Of a DNA stretch of 64,000 nt, positions 13,797 through 28,325 are shown piece after piece. Positions within the stretch are counted from its first letter, which is position 1. Each line of letters begins with the position of its first letter. This DNA is from Sphyrna mokarran (lineage: Eukaryota). The notes under the pieces were generated by a model, which was given only the letters and a program-made list of their open reading frames with translations, searched no databases and was not told the DNA's origin. The position numbers and the translations under genes are program-made. The stretch covers positions 108,748,001-108,812,000 of the forward strand of contig JAGIQG010000001.1 of NCBI GenBank assembly GCA_024679065.1. Reading direction: 5' to 3'.

Positions 13797-14070
13797 TTAA
13801 AGTTTATCTATTAGTGTCACAAGTAGGCTTACATTAACACTGCAATGAAGTTACTGTGGAAATCTCCCAGTCGCCACACTCCAGTGCCTGTTTGATAACC
13901 AAAGGAGAATTTAGCATGGTCAATGCACCTAACCAGCATTCTTTTGGACTGTAGGAGGACACTGGAGCACCTAGAGGAGACGCATGGAAATCATGCAAAC
14001 TGCACACAGACAGTGACCCAAGCCGGGAATCGAACCCAGATCCCTGACACTGAATGGCAATACCACCATA
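13797..14070 (-). mobile_element. HE1-related SINE with an alternative 3' tail
   Basis: Same head and core, but the tail gtcacaagtaggcttacattaacactgcaatgaagtta is also found inverted at ~17497-17612. Confidence 0.8.
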
Positions 14071-15061
14071 CTACCTAATCTAATTTTAGAGAACTATTCC
14101 TGACACCTTTTATCAAACACCACTTTTTATATTTTGTCAAACTTGTGTGGTAAATCCACACAATCATGCAATTGCTGCATGTTTGATTTGTAACAGTGCA
14201 GTAAAATGAAAACAACATGGGAAAGACTAGAAATTTACAGCAGGGACACCAATTTTAATTATATCAAAAATGCAAGAGATTGAGAATGCTTTTATGAAAA
14301 GGAAGCCAGCTTCTCAATTTCCAAGGGCTAACATTATAGTAAGTCAACCAATAGTGTGCCACACTATCCGGGGTATCAGCCAGATCTCGGATATGACATG
14401 TCCAACCCAAACTGCAAGTTTCTGTTGGAATCTGGTTAGGAAGGATCTTCTCTGTTAAGCCCTAAGATGGCCACTCAAGCTGAAGTGGCCATTGGTAAGA
14501 GAAGAGAATGTCAATCTCGTAATGGTGAAAGCAGGTTGGCATGAGGCTTCTGGTTGTTGAACAGCTGGGTAAACCATTCCAGAGTTCATCCTCAATAGGT
14601 GTTTGAGTAGTAAAAATGTAGCCCACCAGTGGTTTGAGGCCTGAGTCATGAGCTGGTCCCCAGTCAAAATTCTGTGCACGTGACTTCTTAACAGCACCTT
14701 ATAAGGAATAGCCATTGGAGTCAATTGCAACATTCCCAAATAGTCAGCACTGTTTTTGCCATATTTGCCTCCACACCACACTTTCTCTGATAGGTTCCTA
14801 AGGTGCCCCCATAATGTTGTGAGTGCCCAATACTGCTGAGGTAATTGGTTGACCTTGTTCTGACTCAGCAAATTCCAGGCAGAATTGATTTGCGCCTCCC
14901 GACACTAACTTCAACAATGCAGCACCAAGGATTTTCTGCTGTCTAATGTATTGAAAATAGTAGAGGTTTTGAATGAAAAGTTAGAGCCATTGCATAGAAG
15001 ATGATCAATGCATAAAATATGAAAGGATTTTCATTAGGCGTTTGAATGGGTTTCTCACTAG

Positions 15062-15358
<297 letters not shown>

Positions 15359-17161
15359 TGACTCACCTTTTCTGAGCCCTTCAGAAAGACAAACTTATGT
15401 GCTCACCACTGCATCCAATTGATTCCTTGGTGACAGCGTGGACTGAATAGTAGAGGAACAGAGGAAATGGGAATGGGGAGATTTTCCAACACTGTTCCTT
15501 CACATTCACAGTGCACCTGTCCCACCACTCCGCTTGTCCATCATACCTTATTTGTATGATACCGGGATAGAGCGGGACAGAGAAAATAACTTTCATGGTC
15601 CAGTATAGCTAAGCTCAGGTAAGACCTGCAAAGGGGTGACAGGTTGGGGTTAAACACACATACCATTTTGATCATCCCTCTCATACAGATTCGAGAAATG
15701 TCAGACAGACATTTTCTCTCCTCCGTGGAGTGGAGAAGGTGCATTGACTTTTTGGAACATTTTTAAAAAATAAATTTTGACGAAATGGATTTTTCTTTCC
15801 CTACTCGCAATCAATTGTCCAGAGTGTGAATAGCAGAATAATGAACAGTCGCGTCCAAAAGCAAAGAAAAGAAAAACAAGGCTAAGACAAGCATGTGTTT
15901 AATAAAATGTTGAAATAATATTTCTGGTCAGAGATTATGGTCTGAAATCATTGAACTCAATCTTGAGTTTAGAAGGCTGTGAAGTGCCTAATTGAAAGAT
16001 GAAATCTGGACCTTGAACTGGAACTAAATCCTGATAAAATGTGGTGACAATAGGAAATATAAACCTCAACAATATAATGTTATTAATGTTAGAAGAAATT
16101 CGACTCGGTAGCAAAACAGCATGATGGTCAGGAAGCATGGAATTACAATACAGAATGATTGGCTATATTGTAAATAGCTGGAAGAGGGGAACATACTATA
16201 GAAGTATATTAACATAACAAGTTAGCTGGCTTCATAAACCTCTTGAGCTTCATTTTTTGACTTTCTAGCATAATCTTGGTCTCTTATAAATCCAGGCAAT
16301 GCTTTTTTTTCTCTAGGGGCCATGTTTTGATTGCTCAGTTCTCTTTGATTAGCTTAGATATTGTCTGAAGATGAACTATAATGTTCAAGGAACTGTCAGA
16401 TGAATCAATCTTTCCATTTACTGTATGTCAGTATTCACCAACTATCAACTGCTCTCTTTTATTTCTGTAGAAGCTTTGGAGCAATTACACAGGTTTTAAG
16501 AAAGTGAAGATAATTTGTTAAAGAGAACATGAGTCTTTCAAGTAAATCTCAAAAGTTTCAAAGGCAACTTCAATTTTGAAAATCAAACAGAACTCCAGGT
16601 TAGAATGTAGATCCGTCAATTTCTGCCTAAGTTAGCCAATCTGAGTTGCAGTTGGGATACCACAATTGATCATTGTACTCTTGGACCCTTTCATGGTTTA
16701 TTTTCATGATAGTTAAAAATCATATGACATGGAAGATGGCTGTTTGGTCCATTAAACCCATACTGGCTCTCTGCAGAGCAATGCAGTTAGTCCCATTTCC
16801 ATACGGTAGTCATATAAGTCACGCGAAGATGAGATTTGGCCTGGGCTTGATGTCCCATCTGGAATGCTCCCAAGTATTGTCTAAACTCATGCAGAAAAAT
16901 TAGCCACTTAGACAAATTGTTTGTTGCTTGGGAGTCATATCTCAGTATAACATAATAGAGAAAATGTTAGAAACTATTATTAAAGTTAGAAACTATTATT
17001 AAAAGCCTTTACAGGAGGAGATACAGTGGGATTTACTTCATATCAGATAGATTTTTAAGGATCCACTGGTTGTTCAGCCCTGCATTCAATCTGCCCATTT
17101 AAAATGGATGATAAAAGCAATGTAACAGTAAGAGGAATTTTAAAGGCATGCAGTTACTTTG

Positions 17162-17612
17162 AGCGACACAATGGCATAGTGCTTAGTGCTGCTGCCTCAC
17201 AATGCCATGGACCTGGGTTCAATTTCTGGCTTGAGTCACTGTCTGTGTGGTGTTTGCACATTCTTCCCATGTCTGCGTGAGTTTCCTCTGAGTACTTTGG
17301 TGTCCTCCCACCGTCCAAAGATGTGCAGGTTAGATGGATTAGTCATTCTAAGTTACCTCTTAGTGTATCAAGATATGTAGGTTAGGGGTAAGTACTTGGG
17401 GTTTTGGGGGTAGGACCTGGGTACAATCTCTGTTGGAGAGCTGGAGCAGACTTGATGGGCCGAATAGCCTCTTTCTGCACTGTGGATTCTTTGATAAACT
17501 CCCTCAGTATGCCCAGACAGCTGCTGGAGTGTGGCAACTAGGGGATTTTCACAATAACTTCATTGCAGTGTTAATGTAAGCCTGTTTGTGACTCTAATAA
17601 ATAAACTTAAAA
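17162..17612 (+). mobile_element. HE1-like SINE followed by a fragment of the alternative-tail SINE
   Basis: tRNA-like head atggcatagtgcttagtgctgctgcctcac...gggttcaatt; CR1-type tail to ~17490; second tail to ~17612. Confidence 0.82.
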
Positions 17613-18599
17613 GTTACTTAGTGTTATTTTGAACCGCCATTATTCTCTCAGCGATGAGGATGGGGGGATGTTGAATAACGTCAACCAAGCAGTGCCAGGG
17701 AGATCAGCCAGTTACTCCCCTCATTTTAGCATCAAGCAGTCTGGAAGTCCGGCATCTTTTATCACAGAATAAACGAGAGGAGCTTCCTCTGCAGAGCTAT
17801 CGCATCTAAACATAGCTGCCAGTGTATGCTATAGATACAGTATGGTGCTGATGACTGTCAAAGCCATCTCCTCCCCCATCTATTATGCCTGTGCAGAACT
17901 AAGTTGAGGATTACATATAGCTTCAATCAATTTGCTCTCCTTGTTGTATCAAGCAAGTGATTGCAACATCATTTACTTTCTCATCTTTCCCATTGAACAA
18001 CAATGTCATGACTTTCCAATATCCAATAATTGCTGTATTTCCCAACACTATCAAAATTGCTGTAAGAGCAATTTGGAAGGAAGCACTAACATTGTGAATT
18101 TATGTGCTTGTGCAATCATGTTGCACATTATGTTGTTAAGGGAGGAGACAGTCACACTTGCTGCTGTTACTAAAGTGATGGGTTCATCTGACCCAAAGGG
18201 AGCAAGTGTTCCTAGAGGAATTGCAGTAACTAAGCTAGAGTTTTCATTCATAGGCCAAGCGCTTCCTTTCACATTTTTGGCACAACAGGAACTACATTCA
18301 GTGTGATCCTAGCACAGAGCATGTCATAAGACGATCACCAAAAGCAGGAAAAGGCTGTCAGTGATGTCAGGTGACATATACATGGTCTTAAACTCTGCTG
18401 CTCCATTACGTGAGGGCACAGCAGCCTGGTAAAGACAGTGCAGGTAAGGAGACTGACATTTATCAAGGAGGCATGACCGAGATATGCCATTGCTTCTGAA
18501 AGATCACTGTCTAATGAGTAAAATGCTAAAAGCAATTAAAGTTAGTGTGGTCTTGATTTTCATGCATTTGCGATTTCTACTCGAATACTGGTTGGGTGT

Positions 18600-19850
18600 A
18601 ATGTCATAGGGAAAATGTTCGAAACTATTATTAAAGCAACACTAGTAGAGAACTAGTAGAGAAATTCAAAGCAATCAGGCAGAGCCAACATGGTTTTGTG
18701 AAAGGAAAATCATATTTAACCAATCTACTGGAGTCTTTTCAAGGAAGTAAAATGTGCTAAGGATGAAGAAGAACAGGTGGATGTACTGCACTTAAATTTC
18801 CAAAAGGCATTTGACGAAATGCCACATCAGTGGTCATTGTGGAAAACAAATCTTGTTGTATAGGAAGTAACATATCGGCATGGATATTGGCAAGCTAACA
18901 AGAGGCAGAGAGCAGGCATAAGTGGGCCTTTTTCAGGTTGGCAAGATGTAACAAGTGATGTAACATGGGGGTCAGTGCTGAGATCTCAACTATTTACAAC
19001 TTACATAAATGACTTGGATGAAGGAATGGATGGGATGGTTGCCAAATTTGCTGCTGACACAAAGATAAGTAGGAAATTAAGTTGTGATGAGGACATGCAA
19101 AGATATAAGGAGTTAGGTAAGTGGACAAAGATCCATCAAATGTAATATAATGTTGGAAAGTGTCCATTTTGGTACAAAGAATGAAAGGTTACAGAGCTCT
19201 GAAGTGCAGAGGAATCTGGATGTCTTACTGCATGAATTATATAAGGCTAGTTTGCAGGTACAGCAAATAATTAGGAAAACTAATAAAATATTATCATTTA
19301 TATGTGCTATTATCAAGTAAGGGAGGTCATGCTTCAGTTACATACAGCACTAGTCAGATGACATTTGTAGTATTGTGTACACATCAGTCACCTTATTTAA
19401 GGAAGGATATAAATGTGTTTGAACCAGTACAGAAATGATGTACCAAACTAATACCTGGAATAGGCAGGTTGTCTTATGAAAAAATGTTGAACAGACTACA
19501 TTTGCAGCTGCTGGAGTTTAGAAGAGCAAGAGGTGACTTGATTGAACCATGTAAGATCCTGAGGAGTCTTGATAGGATGAATGTGGAGAGGATGTTTCCT
19601 CTTGTGGGAGTATCTAAAATTAGGGGTCATTGTTTAAAAATAAGTGGTCATCTATTTAAAATGGAAAGGGGGTGAATTGCTTTCTCTGGGAAGGTTGTGG
19701 ATCTTTGGAACTGTCTTCTTGGAAAGGAGGCTGAAGCAGAGTCTTTAAACATTTTTAAGGCAGAGGTGAATAGATTCTTGGTAAGTAAGGGGGGGGTGGT
19801 GGTGGTGAAAAGTTATCAGGGATAGGCATGGCGCAGATTTGAAGTTACTA
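18600..19850 (+). mobile_element. Older CR1 LINE, RT region to 3' end, decayed
   Basis: SQHGFVKGKS, LNFQKAFD, NDLDEGM...AKFAADTK and RARGDLIE motifs with stops and frameshifts. Confidence 0.88.
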
Positions 19851-20415
19851 TCAGACAGTGACTTGTGCATCTTCTAATACCTGTCCTCTACTGCAGCAAA
19901 CACAGCTCAACAGTGAGGCTCCTAAGCAACAGAAGACAATGCACAGCGCAAAGCTGATGATCACAGCACAAACCATCATCTTATGAAACAGAAGGTGTCA
20001 CTAATGGCTGACTGCTGTGCACCCAAAACCCAATATGTCGCTCCTACTGGCTTGTGAGAACAGTAACATCTTTACATCAGCTAACCAGAATAGGAAATCA
20101 ATGAACCCATAAATAAAATAAGCCATAGAAAGTCAATCTGAACTCTATACACATAATATGGTGACAGATAACAATGCTGATGGGAAGAAACAAAATCAAG
20201 AGACAAAGTTAAACATTTTCATCGTATAATGCTTTTTGAGCAGTCAGCTAGCTCTTCTGGAGTTATATCATCTAAGATATAATAATTAATAATGCAGTTT
20301 GGGGATGATTTTAAAAAGTAGATAGTTTTGTCTCTCCTAATGAGCAATAGAGAGATGGACTAAAATGTACATTTCTGTATCATGCTATGTAATATATGTG
20401 TCCTTTATTTTGTAG

Positions 20416-20479
20416 CCTCCTCCCCAGATCTATGATAAGCAGCTTGATGAGAGAGAGCACAGTATAGATGAATGGAAAG
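20416..20479 (+). CDS. MAPK10: JNK3 coding exon (64 nt)
   Basis: PPPQIYDKQLDEREHSIDEWK; tttgtag/gtaatg boundaries; PPPQIY differs from JNK1 PPPKIP. Confidence 0.95.
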
Positions 20480-21629
20480 GTAATGTGAAACATCAGTTAT
20501 AATTACAATCATATGCATGTTGATAATCTTACATAAAAATTTCGAAGCAAGATGAATATTACCATCTTCACTAAATTATGAAAAATGATGGATAGATAGG
20601 TTTAAAACAATTGAATTGAAAATCAGTGCTTTCTATAACAGTAGACTTAATCTGCAGCACCGGTGCTGTGCTTAAGCACAACCTGAAAAACCTACCACGT
20701 CATACATACTGGGCAGGATTCTCTGGTCTTGTCCATGGTGGAACGCGTTGCGAGCGAGAACAGAAAATTTGGCATTCCAGCCAAAACTCCATTCACTCTC
20801 AGCAGCAATGTAAAATTCCAGCCAAAAATGAGGATGGAAAATTTCAGTAATTTTCTGTAAACATACAGTAAGAAACAAAAGATATATGTTTACAAGGATA
20901 CCTAACAGTACATGTTTAAGTTACTTGCTGATACTGGCATCTATTAAGTAAAACAATGTATACATAGAATTTATCCCAAAGGAGCAGAATATAGTAAGTA
21001 GAAATGGGTTATTGAGATAACTGGGGAGACCCTTGATTTTAATGTAAGAATAATTCGTAGGCATTATACTATAGACTTTTAAAATAAAATGGCTCCTGCA
21101 CCCTCTGTGACAACTGAAGCTCTATCTCAATTCAATCACATTATAGATGGGGAGTAGAGCATTGAGGTAAAAGATGAGGTTGAATTTCCACAGAATTGAT
21201 AATGGGCCACATGGCTTAGCCTATCATTCCAAGCTGTCCCCTGAAAACCCAATATCAAATCCAATGAATGGGGAATGGGATACTTTAAATATTAGAAGCA
21301 AGTGCCCATTCCTTTAGTGGCAGAATTGGACCAGCCATCCCATGGAGGAGGTACGTGCAGGAATGGCCAAGAGCTAGATTTTGCACAGTAGATTGGATAG
21401 ATCTCCCCCACCTCCACCCTCACCCCAAGTAAGAAACAAAAAAATTCCTTAAAGGGTAAGCACTTGCTTTCTCCTTTGATAGGGCCTTCAGTAGGTCCAG
21501 ATCAGAGCATGTCATGACTCTTGCAAGAGTATACACCCTACTGAGTGATTTAGAACATGCTGGCTGAAATTCCTGAGGTAAACTTGGAAGGTTCCCAGCT
21601 ATGATGCCAGATTTGCTGTGTAGCATGAT

Positions 21630-21949
21630 CATCATAGAATCTCTACAGTGCAGAAGGAGGCCACTTGGTCCATCGAGCCTGCATTGACAACAATCCCACC
21701 CACGTCCTATACCAGTAACCCCTAACCCCTGCTCGTCACCCTGACATTAAAGGGCAATTTTATATGGCCAATCCAGCTAACCCACACATCTGTGGATTGT
21801 GGGAGGAAACCAGAATATCCAGAGGTACTCCATGCAAACATGGGGAGAATGTGCAATCTCCACACAGAACGTCACTCAAGATCGGAATTGAACCTGGGTT
21901 ACTGGCACAATGAGGCAGCAGTGATAACCACTGTGTCACTGTGCCACCC
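21630..21949 (-). mobile_element. HE1-like SINE
   Basis: Tail catagaatctctacagtgcagaaggaggcc, core, and head cactgtgtcactgtgccaccc. Confidence 0.87.
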
Positions 21950-22564
21950 TTTGAATGATAGAGTGTCATTTTTAAGCTTAATTTCAATGTGGTAAACACT
22001 CAGCCAATCCTTCCACCCGAAACAACAGATCCCTTTCCTGAATTGAAGGAAGGTGGGGGCACAATTTCAGATTCCCCTCCCCTCCACAACTGCCCCACCC
22101 CACACATTCTCCATTCTTGAAATTATTCCTCTAATCTTCCTTGCTTCAAGATAGCCTACAGTTACTAAGCAAATAGGATTCACAACCATTATCTGCCATT
22201 GATGATGGTACACTTTTGCCCTAAACCATGTTGGGTCAATGTAATACCTTGCTAGTGTCAAATGAACTGATACCTAAGTAGGCAGGCCAAGCTCCAAAGA
22301 TAATGTGATCTTGCCTCCCAGGAGAAACATACATGTCAAAGTGATTGAAACGCCAAGGTACTGGTTAATGTGACGCGTGTAAGTATTGAGTGCTTGCTCA
22401 CGTTGACTAAATTGGTCAATGTTCGTGTTCACTCTAGGGGTAGCCAATGTAGATATTGTTATGGTAATATTATTTCTGTGGTAAAACCCCCCAAAAGTCA
22501 TCACTACTAGAATAAATTGCATTAAATAAATATGCTAGATTGACCTGACTTCTGTTTTTGACAG

Positions 22565-22642
22565 AATTAATCTACAAGGAGGTGATGGATTTTGAGGAGA
22601 AAACTAAAAATGGTGTTGTGAAGGGGCAGCCGTCTCCCTCAG
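22565..22642 (+). CDS. MAPK10: JNK3 penultimate coding exon (78 nt)
   Basis: [26 protein letters not shown]; ttgacag/gtaaat boundaries. Confidence 0.95.
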
Positions 22643-24794
22643 GTAAATCCAATAACCTTGTACACAAATAGTAAGGTTTGTTTTCAAATGTTATTATATA
22701 TATAGCCTATTCAGCCATTTTCCATTGTTTCTAGCAGCATATTCCAGAACTGCGTTTAATCATCATTTATAGTTTTCAGCAACTGAAAGGTTATTTGTTT
22801 TATCATAAATCACCAGAAAAGAACAAAAATGGCACTTCAGTAAACAAGGCAACAGCACAACAAAGAAGAAGATTGGAGCATTGCTCATATTTCTAACATG
22901 GGGCTAAATCTCTTGCTCCATGGCTGGTGGTTCTTCCATTTCTGGACGGCCTTTCTGGACACTAGAGGGCAGTAAATAGTTTGCAATGCAGTGGTTTCCT
23001 TCTTTCAAATAGGCACAAATGAGGAATTCACATAACCGATGCCATAAAACATGTCTTTACCCATGTGTTTGAAATATTTTCAGATTTTTAACATTTTCCA
23101 CTCGTGTGATGACTACCTCCTCATCAATTTTTTCACTTTTTTCAGGATTGAATATTGCTGCAAATGTTGGAAATTTTTGTCCATAAGTAAGCTCCAACTA
23201 ATTAATAATTGAAATGTGCAGATTAACTGATGGGGTGGAGCTCATTGTTAATTCCAGTGGAAAAGTTGATACTCTCATATCTCCTTTTGGTCTAAAATTA
23301 GTTAAAGAAGGAAAATGTCATCATCCCAAGTGCTTTTCTGATTTAGGGCTCCGTCATATAAGGAACATTTTCATTTTCCTGTCTCTTTGCCTTTAAAAGC
23401 TTTCTATAAATATAATTTAAGCAATCTGGTTTGAAGTTAAATAAATTTTCATTTTCTTTAGAAATAAATTTTAAACTTGATTATGGTTTTCATGAAGATT
23501 AATTTTAAAGCTATTTTTCTCCTTTTTCAATCATTTTTGTTAGGCTATCAGATCCCTCTGTATTCTTGATTATTTCTCTTCCCCCCACACTTGATAGGAT
23601 GGTTCAGTTAAATGTAATTAACATTTTGAGATGGAAAGCTTATTAATATTTCCAGTATTCACCTAGTTGATTCTGCCCACTCGGATGCCCATCCTCAGCT
23701 GAGTCTCCAATCATGCCTGCATTATAGCAAGGAACAGAAACAGATGAATTGGGGTAGACCTTGGCTGTGATTCTCTGACCTCCCCCACGGCTGGGATTCT
23801 GTGGTCCTGCTGCTGTGAATGAACATTTGGCTGAGTGCCACGTTCTCCATTCTTGCTGGCAGCGGTGGTGACATCTGAGAATTCAAGACTTTGTGTGATA
23901 AGGCAAAACAGGTGTTGGTGAATCGGCAGGCGTTTTATATCTCATCTGATCTTTATTTACATTGAAGTTGATGGAAATTCAAACCAGGTGAGTTGTGTAG
24001 CTTGGTGTTGAATGGATGTCTCTTCTTCCTCTTTGAGCCGACACATTCACTATGCCACCAGCAAAATATTTTTTGCATTAAAGAAAAAGGTCGGTTAAGA
24101 GATGAAATGGTGGCTTGTCTCCTGCAGTGGCTGCAACTTCCCAGGCAACTGCTCAAAATAAAAGGGTTGTCTTGAAGTTCCTGATTTAAGTTGGGTCTCC
24201 TCGTGATGTTACAGCTGCTAACTCATTAGCAGCATAATACATCAGCACTTGCTGTTTAAAGAATGACATTCCGAAAATAATCCGAGAAATATCAGAATGT
24301 TATGATAATTTTTGTGAACATTTAGTTTTCAAAAGCTCTCTAATGCTCAGCCACCCTTCCAAGCTCAAATATAAGCTGCTATAAAGTGCAAGATTTATTT
24401 AAAATGTAACATTCTTGTTACCAACAGTTCAGGCTGGGGGGAGAATAAAGAGAGCTTTCAAGTACATGTTTGCAACAGGATTTGAAAGGCAGACTGCAAG
24501 ATCAATGACTTACATCACTATACAAGTTAGAGTGCACCAATGGTGAAACAATTACAAATATATACAGTACTGTCATATTTCATTCACAAATTATCATTGA
24601 ATGTGATTTGAATACAGCAGTGTTCTGTTTCCTTACAATAAACATATAAAAAGGAAAAGCAAAGTGATGAGCAGTTGACATTTTCATACTTGGGGGGAGA
24701 AACAAGATATATTCTAAGAGATATTACCCCAAGTAAACATCATAGGAATATTTATCTTTCACTTCAGGGGTGCATCTTTAAAGGACATTGTTAA

Positions 24795-25200
24795 CAGAAT
24801 CAAAGAAGCACAGAAGAGGCCCTTTGGCCCATCGAGTCCACACCAACACATGAAAGGTCCTGGCTTGCCTACGTAATCCTTCTTGCCAGCACTTGGCCTA
24901 TAGTCTAGAATGTTATGGTGTGCCAAATACTCATCCATGTACTTTTTAAAGGATGAGAGGCATCCTGCCTCCATCACCCTCCCGGACATGCATTCCAGAC
25001 CGTCACCAGCCTCTGGGTATGAAGGTTTTTCTTCAAATCTCCCCTAAACGTCCCACCCCTCACTTTTTACTTATGTCCCCTCATAATTGACTCTTTAACT
25101 AAGAGGAACAGCCACTCCTTATCCATTCTGTCCATGCCCCTCATAATCTTTAGCACCTCAATCAGATTGTCCCTCAAACTTCTCTAATCCAAGAAAAACC
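24795..25200 (-). mobile_element. CR1 3' fragment
   Basis: Minus-strand ORF ...VMEAGCLSSFKKYMDEYL and tail gggccaaagggcctcttctgtgct. Confidence 0.8.
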
Positions 25201-26259
25201 ATCTCAAGCAGCATCCTGATTTAAACCAAGAGAACCAAAGGTAACTTTACTCATTACTTTTTCTAAGCAAGGAGCCATGCTCAAAGAGGAAAGCAATTTC
25301 ACCTCATCTCAATCCTAAATGACCAACTACTTATCCTGAGACTGTGACCCTAACTCTCGACTATCCAACCGGGGGAAATAGCATCTTGGCACCAATGCTG
25401 TCGAGCCCATTCATAATTTTATACATTTCAATGAGATATGCACTCACTCTTCTCAATGCTGGAGAGTCTAAGCTCATTCCACTCCATCTCTCCTCTTTGA
25501 ACAGTCCTGAATTAATCCAGTCACCATCAACTTCATTGCTTTTTGAAAAAGTCGCTGACAGATCTTTCCTGAATTCAGCTTGCTATATTTCACAGTGGCG
25601 TGTTGTTGAGTTCAGGAATGCTCAGAGTGGAAGATGAAGAGTTTTTCTTCCATTGCTAGGAGACTGCATAATGATACCCCGTTCTGCTGAAGTGCCACAT
25701 GTCTAGAAGAATGACACTCAGGGGAAATGGACTGACAAATGGCAGGTGAAATTTAATAAAGGGAAGTGTGAAGATGTGAGAAGAAGAGAGGCAATATAGG
25801 CTAAATGATCCAATTTTTAAGGAGATGCTGGATAACTCCTTGACGGCAGGGCAAAAACCACTAAAATTATCCAAGGTGCTGAGCATTATAAATGAAGTAA
25901 TATAGCACAAAAACAAGAAAGCTGTGCTAAAAATTTATAAATCATTAAACAGTTGTCAACTGAATTATTGCATTCAATTCTCTTTAGAAAGGATAGCAAG
26001 GTCTTGGAGAGGTTGTAGAAAAGATTTACTAGAAGGGTATAGGTTCTTTTTAAAGTGTACCTTCATGCACAATTTCCTTCTGTTTAGGTAATAATGGGAT
26101 GGTGGTGGTAAAATTCCTACACTGATTATCAGCCATGTCATGAATGTTCCTTCCATGATCAAATTTTGGCATGGGATTTGAACTCTGAGCATCTGTTCCA
26201 GAGGTAGGGATGCTACCACTGAAACCAGAAACCTCCATAAGAGATGGAGAACTTCAGTT

Positions 26260-26622
26260 ATCATAGAATCCTAGAATCTCTATAGTGCAAAAGGAAGTGA
26301 TTCGGCCCATCTAGCCTGCACTGACAACAATCCCATCAGGCCCTATCTACAAAATGCACTGCAGCAATTCATCAAAGATCCTTAGATGGTATGTATTTAT
26401 CCTGCTAATTCCTCTGACATGAAGGGGCAATATAGTATGGCCAACCTACCTAACCTGTACATTTTTGGAGTGTGGAAGGAAACTGGAGCACCCGGAGGAA
26501 ACCCATGCAGACAGGGGGAGTATATGCAAACTCCACAAAGATAGTCACCCAAGGCTGGAATTGAATCCAGGTCTCTGGCGCTATGAGGCAGCAGTGTTGT
26601 TTAACCACAACCATTGTGCCTC
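26260..26622 (-). mobile_element. HE1-like SINE inserted in a decayed + strand CR1 (~25690-27060)
   Basis: Family core ggagcacccggaggaaacccatgcagacag; flanks carry CR1 motifs (WQVKFN upstream; RLRSEL and a CR1 tail at ~27010-27060 downstream). Confidence 0.8.
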
Positions 26623-27219
26623 CCTCCATCAGGGAGGATGTTATGAGGGGAGACTAAAGAAGTTGTTCTACTTGGAGCAGCAATGGTTAAGGAGTGAGTT
26701 AGTAGAGCTGTTATGTGGCAGCTTGATCTAGATAGAGGGAAACTGTTTCCACTAGCAGGAGGAACCGTGACCTAAACTGACAGCGACAGGCACACAGATT
26801 TAAAATAATTGGCAAAAAAAAACATTGAAAATGAGGGAAGTATTTTTTATTAAGGGAGTTATTATTCATATGGACTGCATTGCATGAAATGATGGTGCAA
26901 ATTCATTCAACGTTAACTTTCTACAAGTGGATATGTACTTAAACATGAGAGAGGGAGAACTATAGGGGAGAAATAGGGAAGTGAGACTAAATGAAAAGTT
27001 TTTCTAACAGCTTGATGGATCAAATGGCCTCTGTCATTGCTATGTGATTCTATAATTCTAAATATTCTAAAATTGTATCTACAAAGATTTATATACAGAT
27101 ATTTACATGAAACTATTGTATATTTTTATCCCATGGTGCTTGCAGAAGCAGTCAATTGGTATAGTAAGATTTTCTAGGATGATTGAGCTTCTGCTGGAAG
27201 CAATGTGAGATAAAGGACT

Positions 27220-27313
27220 GAGTAAGAGGTCTGACAACACCAATTTTAAATCCAACCGATTTATTTGATAGTAAACTTGCTAGCTTTCGGCCTTTGTGCC
27301 TTCGTCAGGCGAA
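27220..27313 (-). mobile_element. Penelope-like terminal repeat with a minimal hammerhead motif (27277-27313)
   Basis: Minus strand reads TTCGC-CTGACGA-A-GGC-ACAAAG-GCC-GAAA-GCTA-GCAA, then AATAAA; similar to 31789-31877. Confidence 0.65.
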
Positions 27314-27949
27314 ATGATAAAGGACTGAAGCAGTTTGTTCTTGATCTCTGCAAGGTCCAGTTTACTGTAGAAACTAGAAGATTCTCTTACTCATTAAAAA
27401 CCATTACAGTGAGAATGTAAATCAGAAGAAACATTTATTATTGCCTGCTTTATACTCACACAAAGCCTCAAGATCTTAGAGTAAAATATACGTTTTTAAA
27501 AAGGGCCTTTCTGAAATCCTGAAGATGCCACTTACTGTGTGTGGAGGTAACTCCTCAATCAGTGACTTTTACTTTGTTGATCTTTTTAACATTTGCTTTG
27601 ATTTCCCCTAAAGTTAGTGGAAGTCTAATACATGCAGTTAATGGAATTTTTCTGAGAGTTGCTTTTAGTTCCACAGTAACAAGTTAACCTAGGTTCAACC
27701 AACATCACTAAAACAGATTTCAACTGGATCTCGAGAGTAGAATTATGATGCTCTCAAAAAATAAATTAATTAGATTTTGATCCTGTTTGTTTATAATAAA
27801 TGACATTGGGTCTCCAGCAGAAATAAATAAAATAATGTTAGTACCTATACAGCTAACAATTCAATGATACTTCTTATGGTGGCTATTTAATTTGAACAGA
27901 ACAACTCTATGTATTGTACTGTTCAGTTTAGCTCAATTTTCTAGTATTG

Positions 27950-28325
27950 GTCTGTGGCTCAGGTAGTTTTGTCTCTGAGTCAGAAGAGTATGGATTCAGT
28001 TCCTACTCCAGAATCTGAGCATAAAATTCTTGGATCACTCTAGTATTGAGGGAATACTGCACTGTCGGAAGTTGCAGATTTTAGAATGAGGTGAATAAGG
28101 CCCCATTTGTGGATGTAAAAAGTACAGCTGGGCAGTTATCCTGGCATCCTGGCCAATTTTTATCCCTTGGTCAACATCTCTTAAAAAAATTGATGACCTG
28201 GTCATTACCACAATGCTGTTTGTGGGAGTTTGCTGTGTACAAACTGGCTGTTGCATTTCCAGTATTACTTCCAAATATCAGCTGCAAAATGCTTTGGAAT
28301 GTGCTAAAGTCGTGAAAGGGGCTAC
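27950..28325 (+). mobile_element. SacSINE1-like DeuSINE
   Basis: tRNA-like head (tctgagtcagaag), gagggaatactgcactgtcggaag, and Deu-domain-like ctggtcattaccacaatgctgtttgtgggagtttgctgtg; an inverted, interrupted copy lies at ~28590-29345. Confidence 0.7.

Noticed and set aside
14300-14871. 138-aa minus-strand ORF, possible LTR pol fragment
   Set aside because: Only vague motif resemblance, not in a convincing order; cannot be supported without a profile search.
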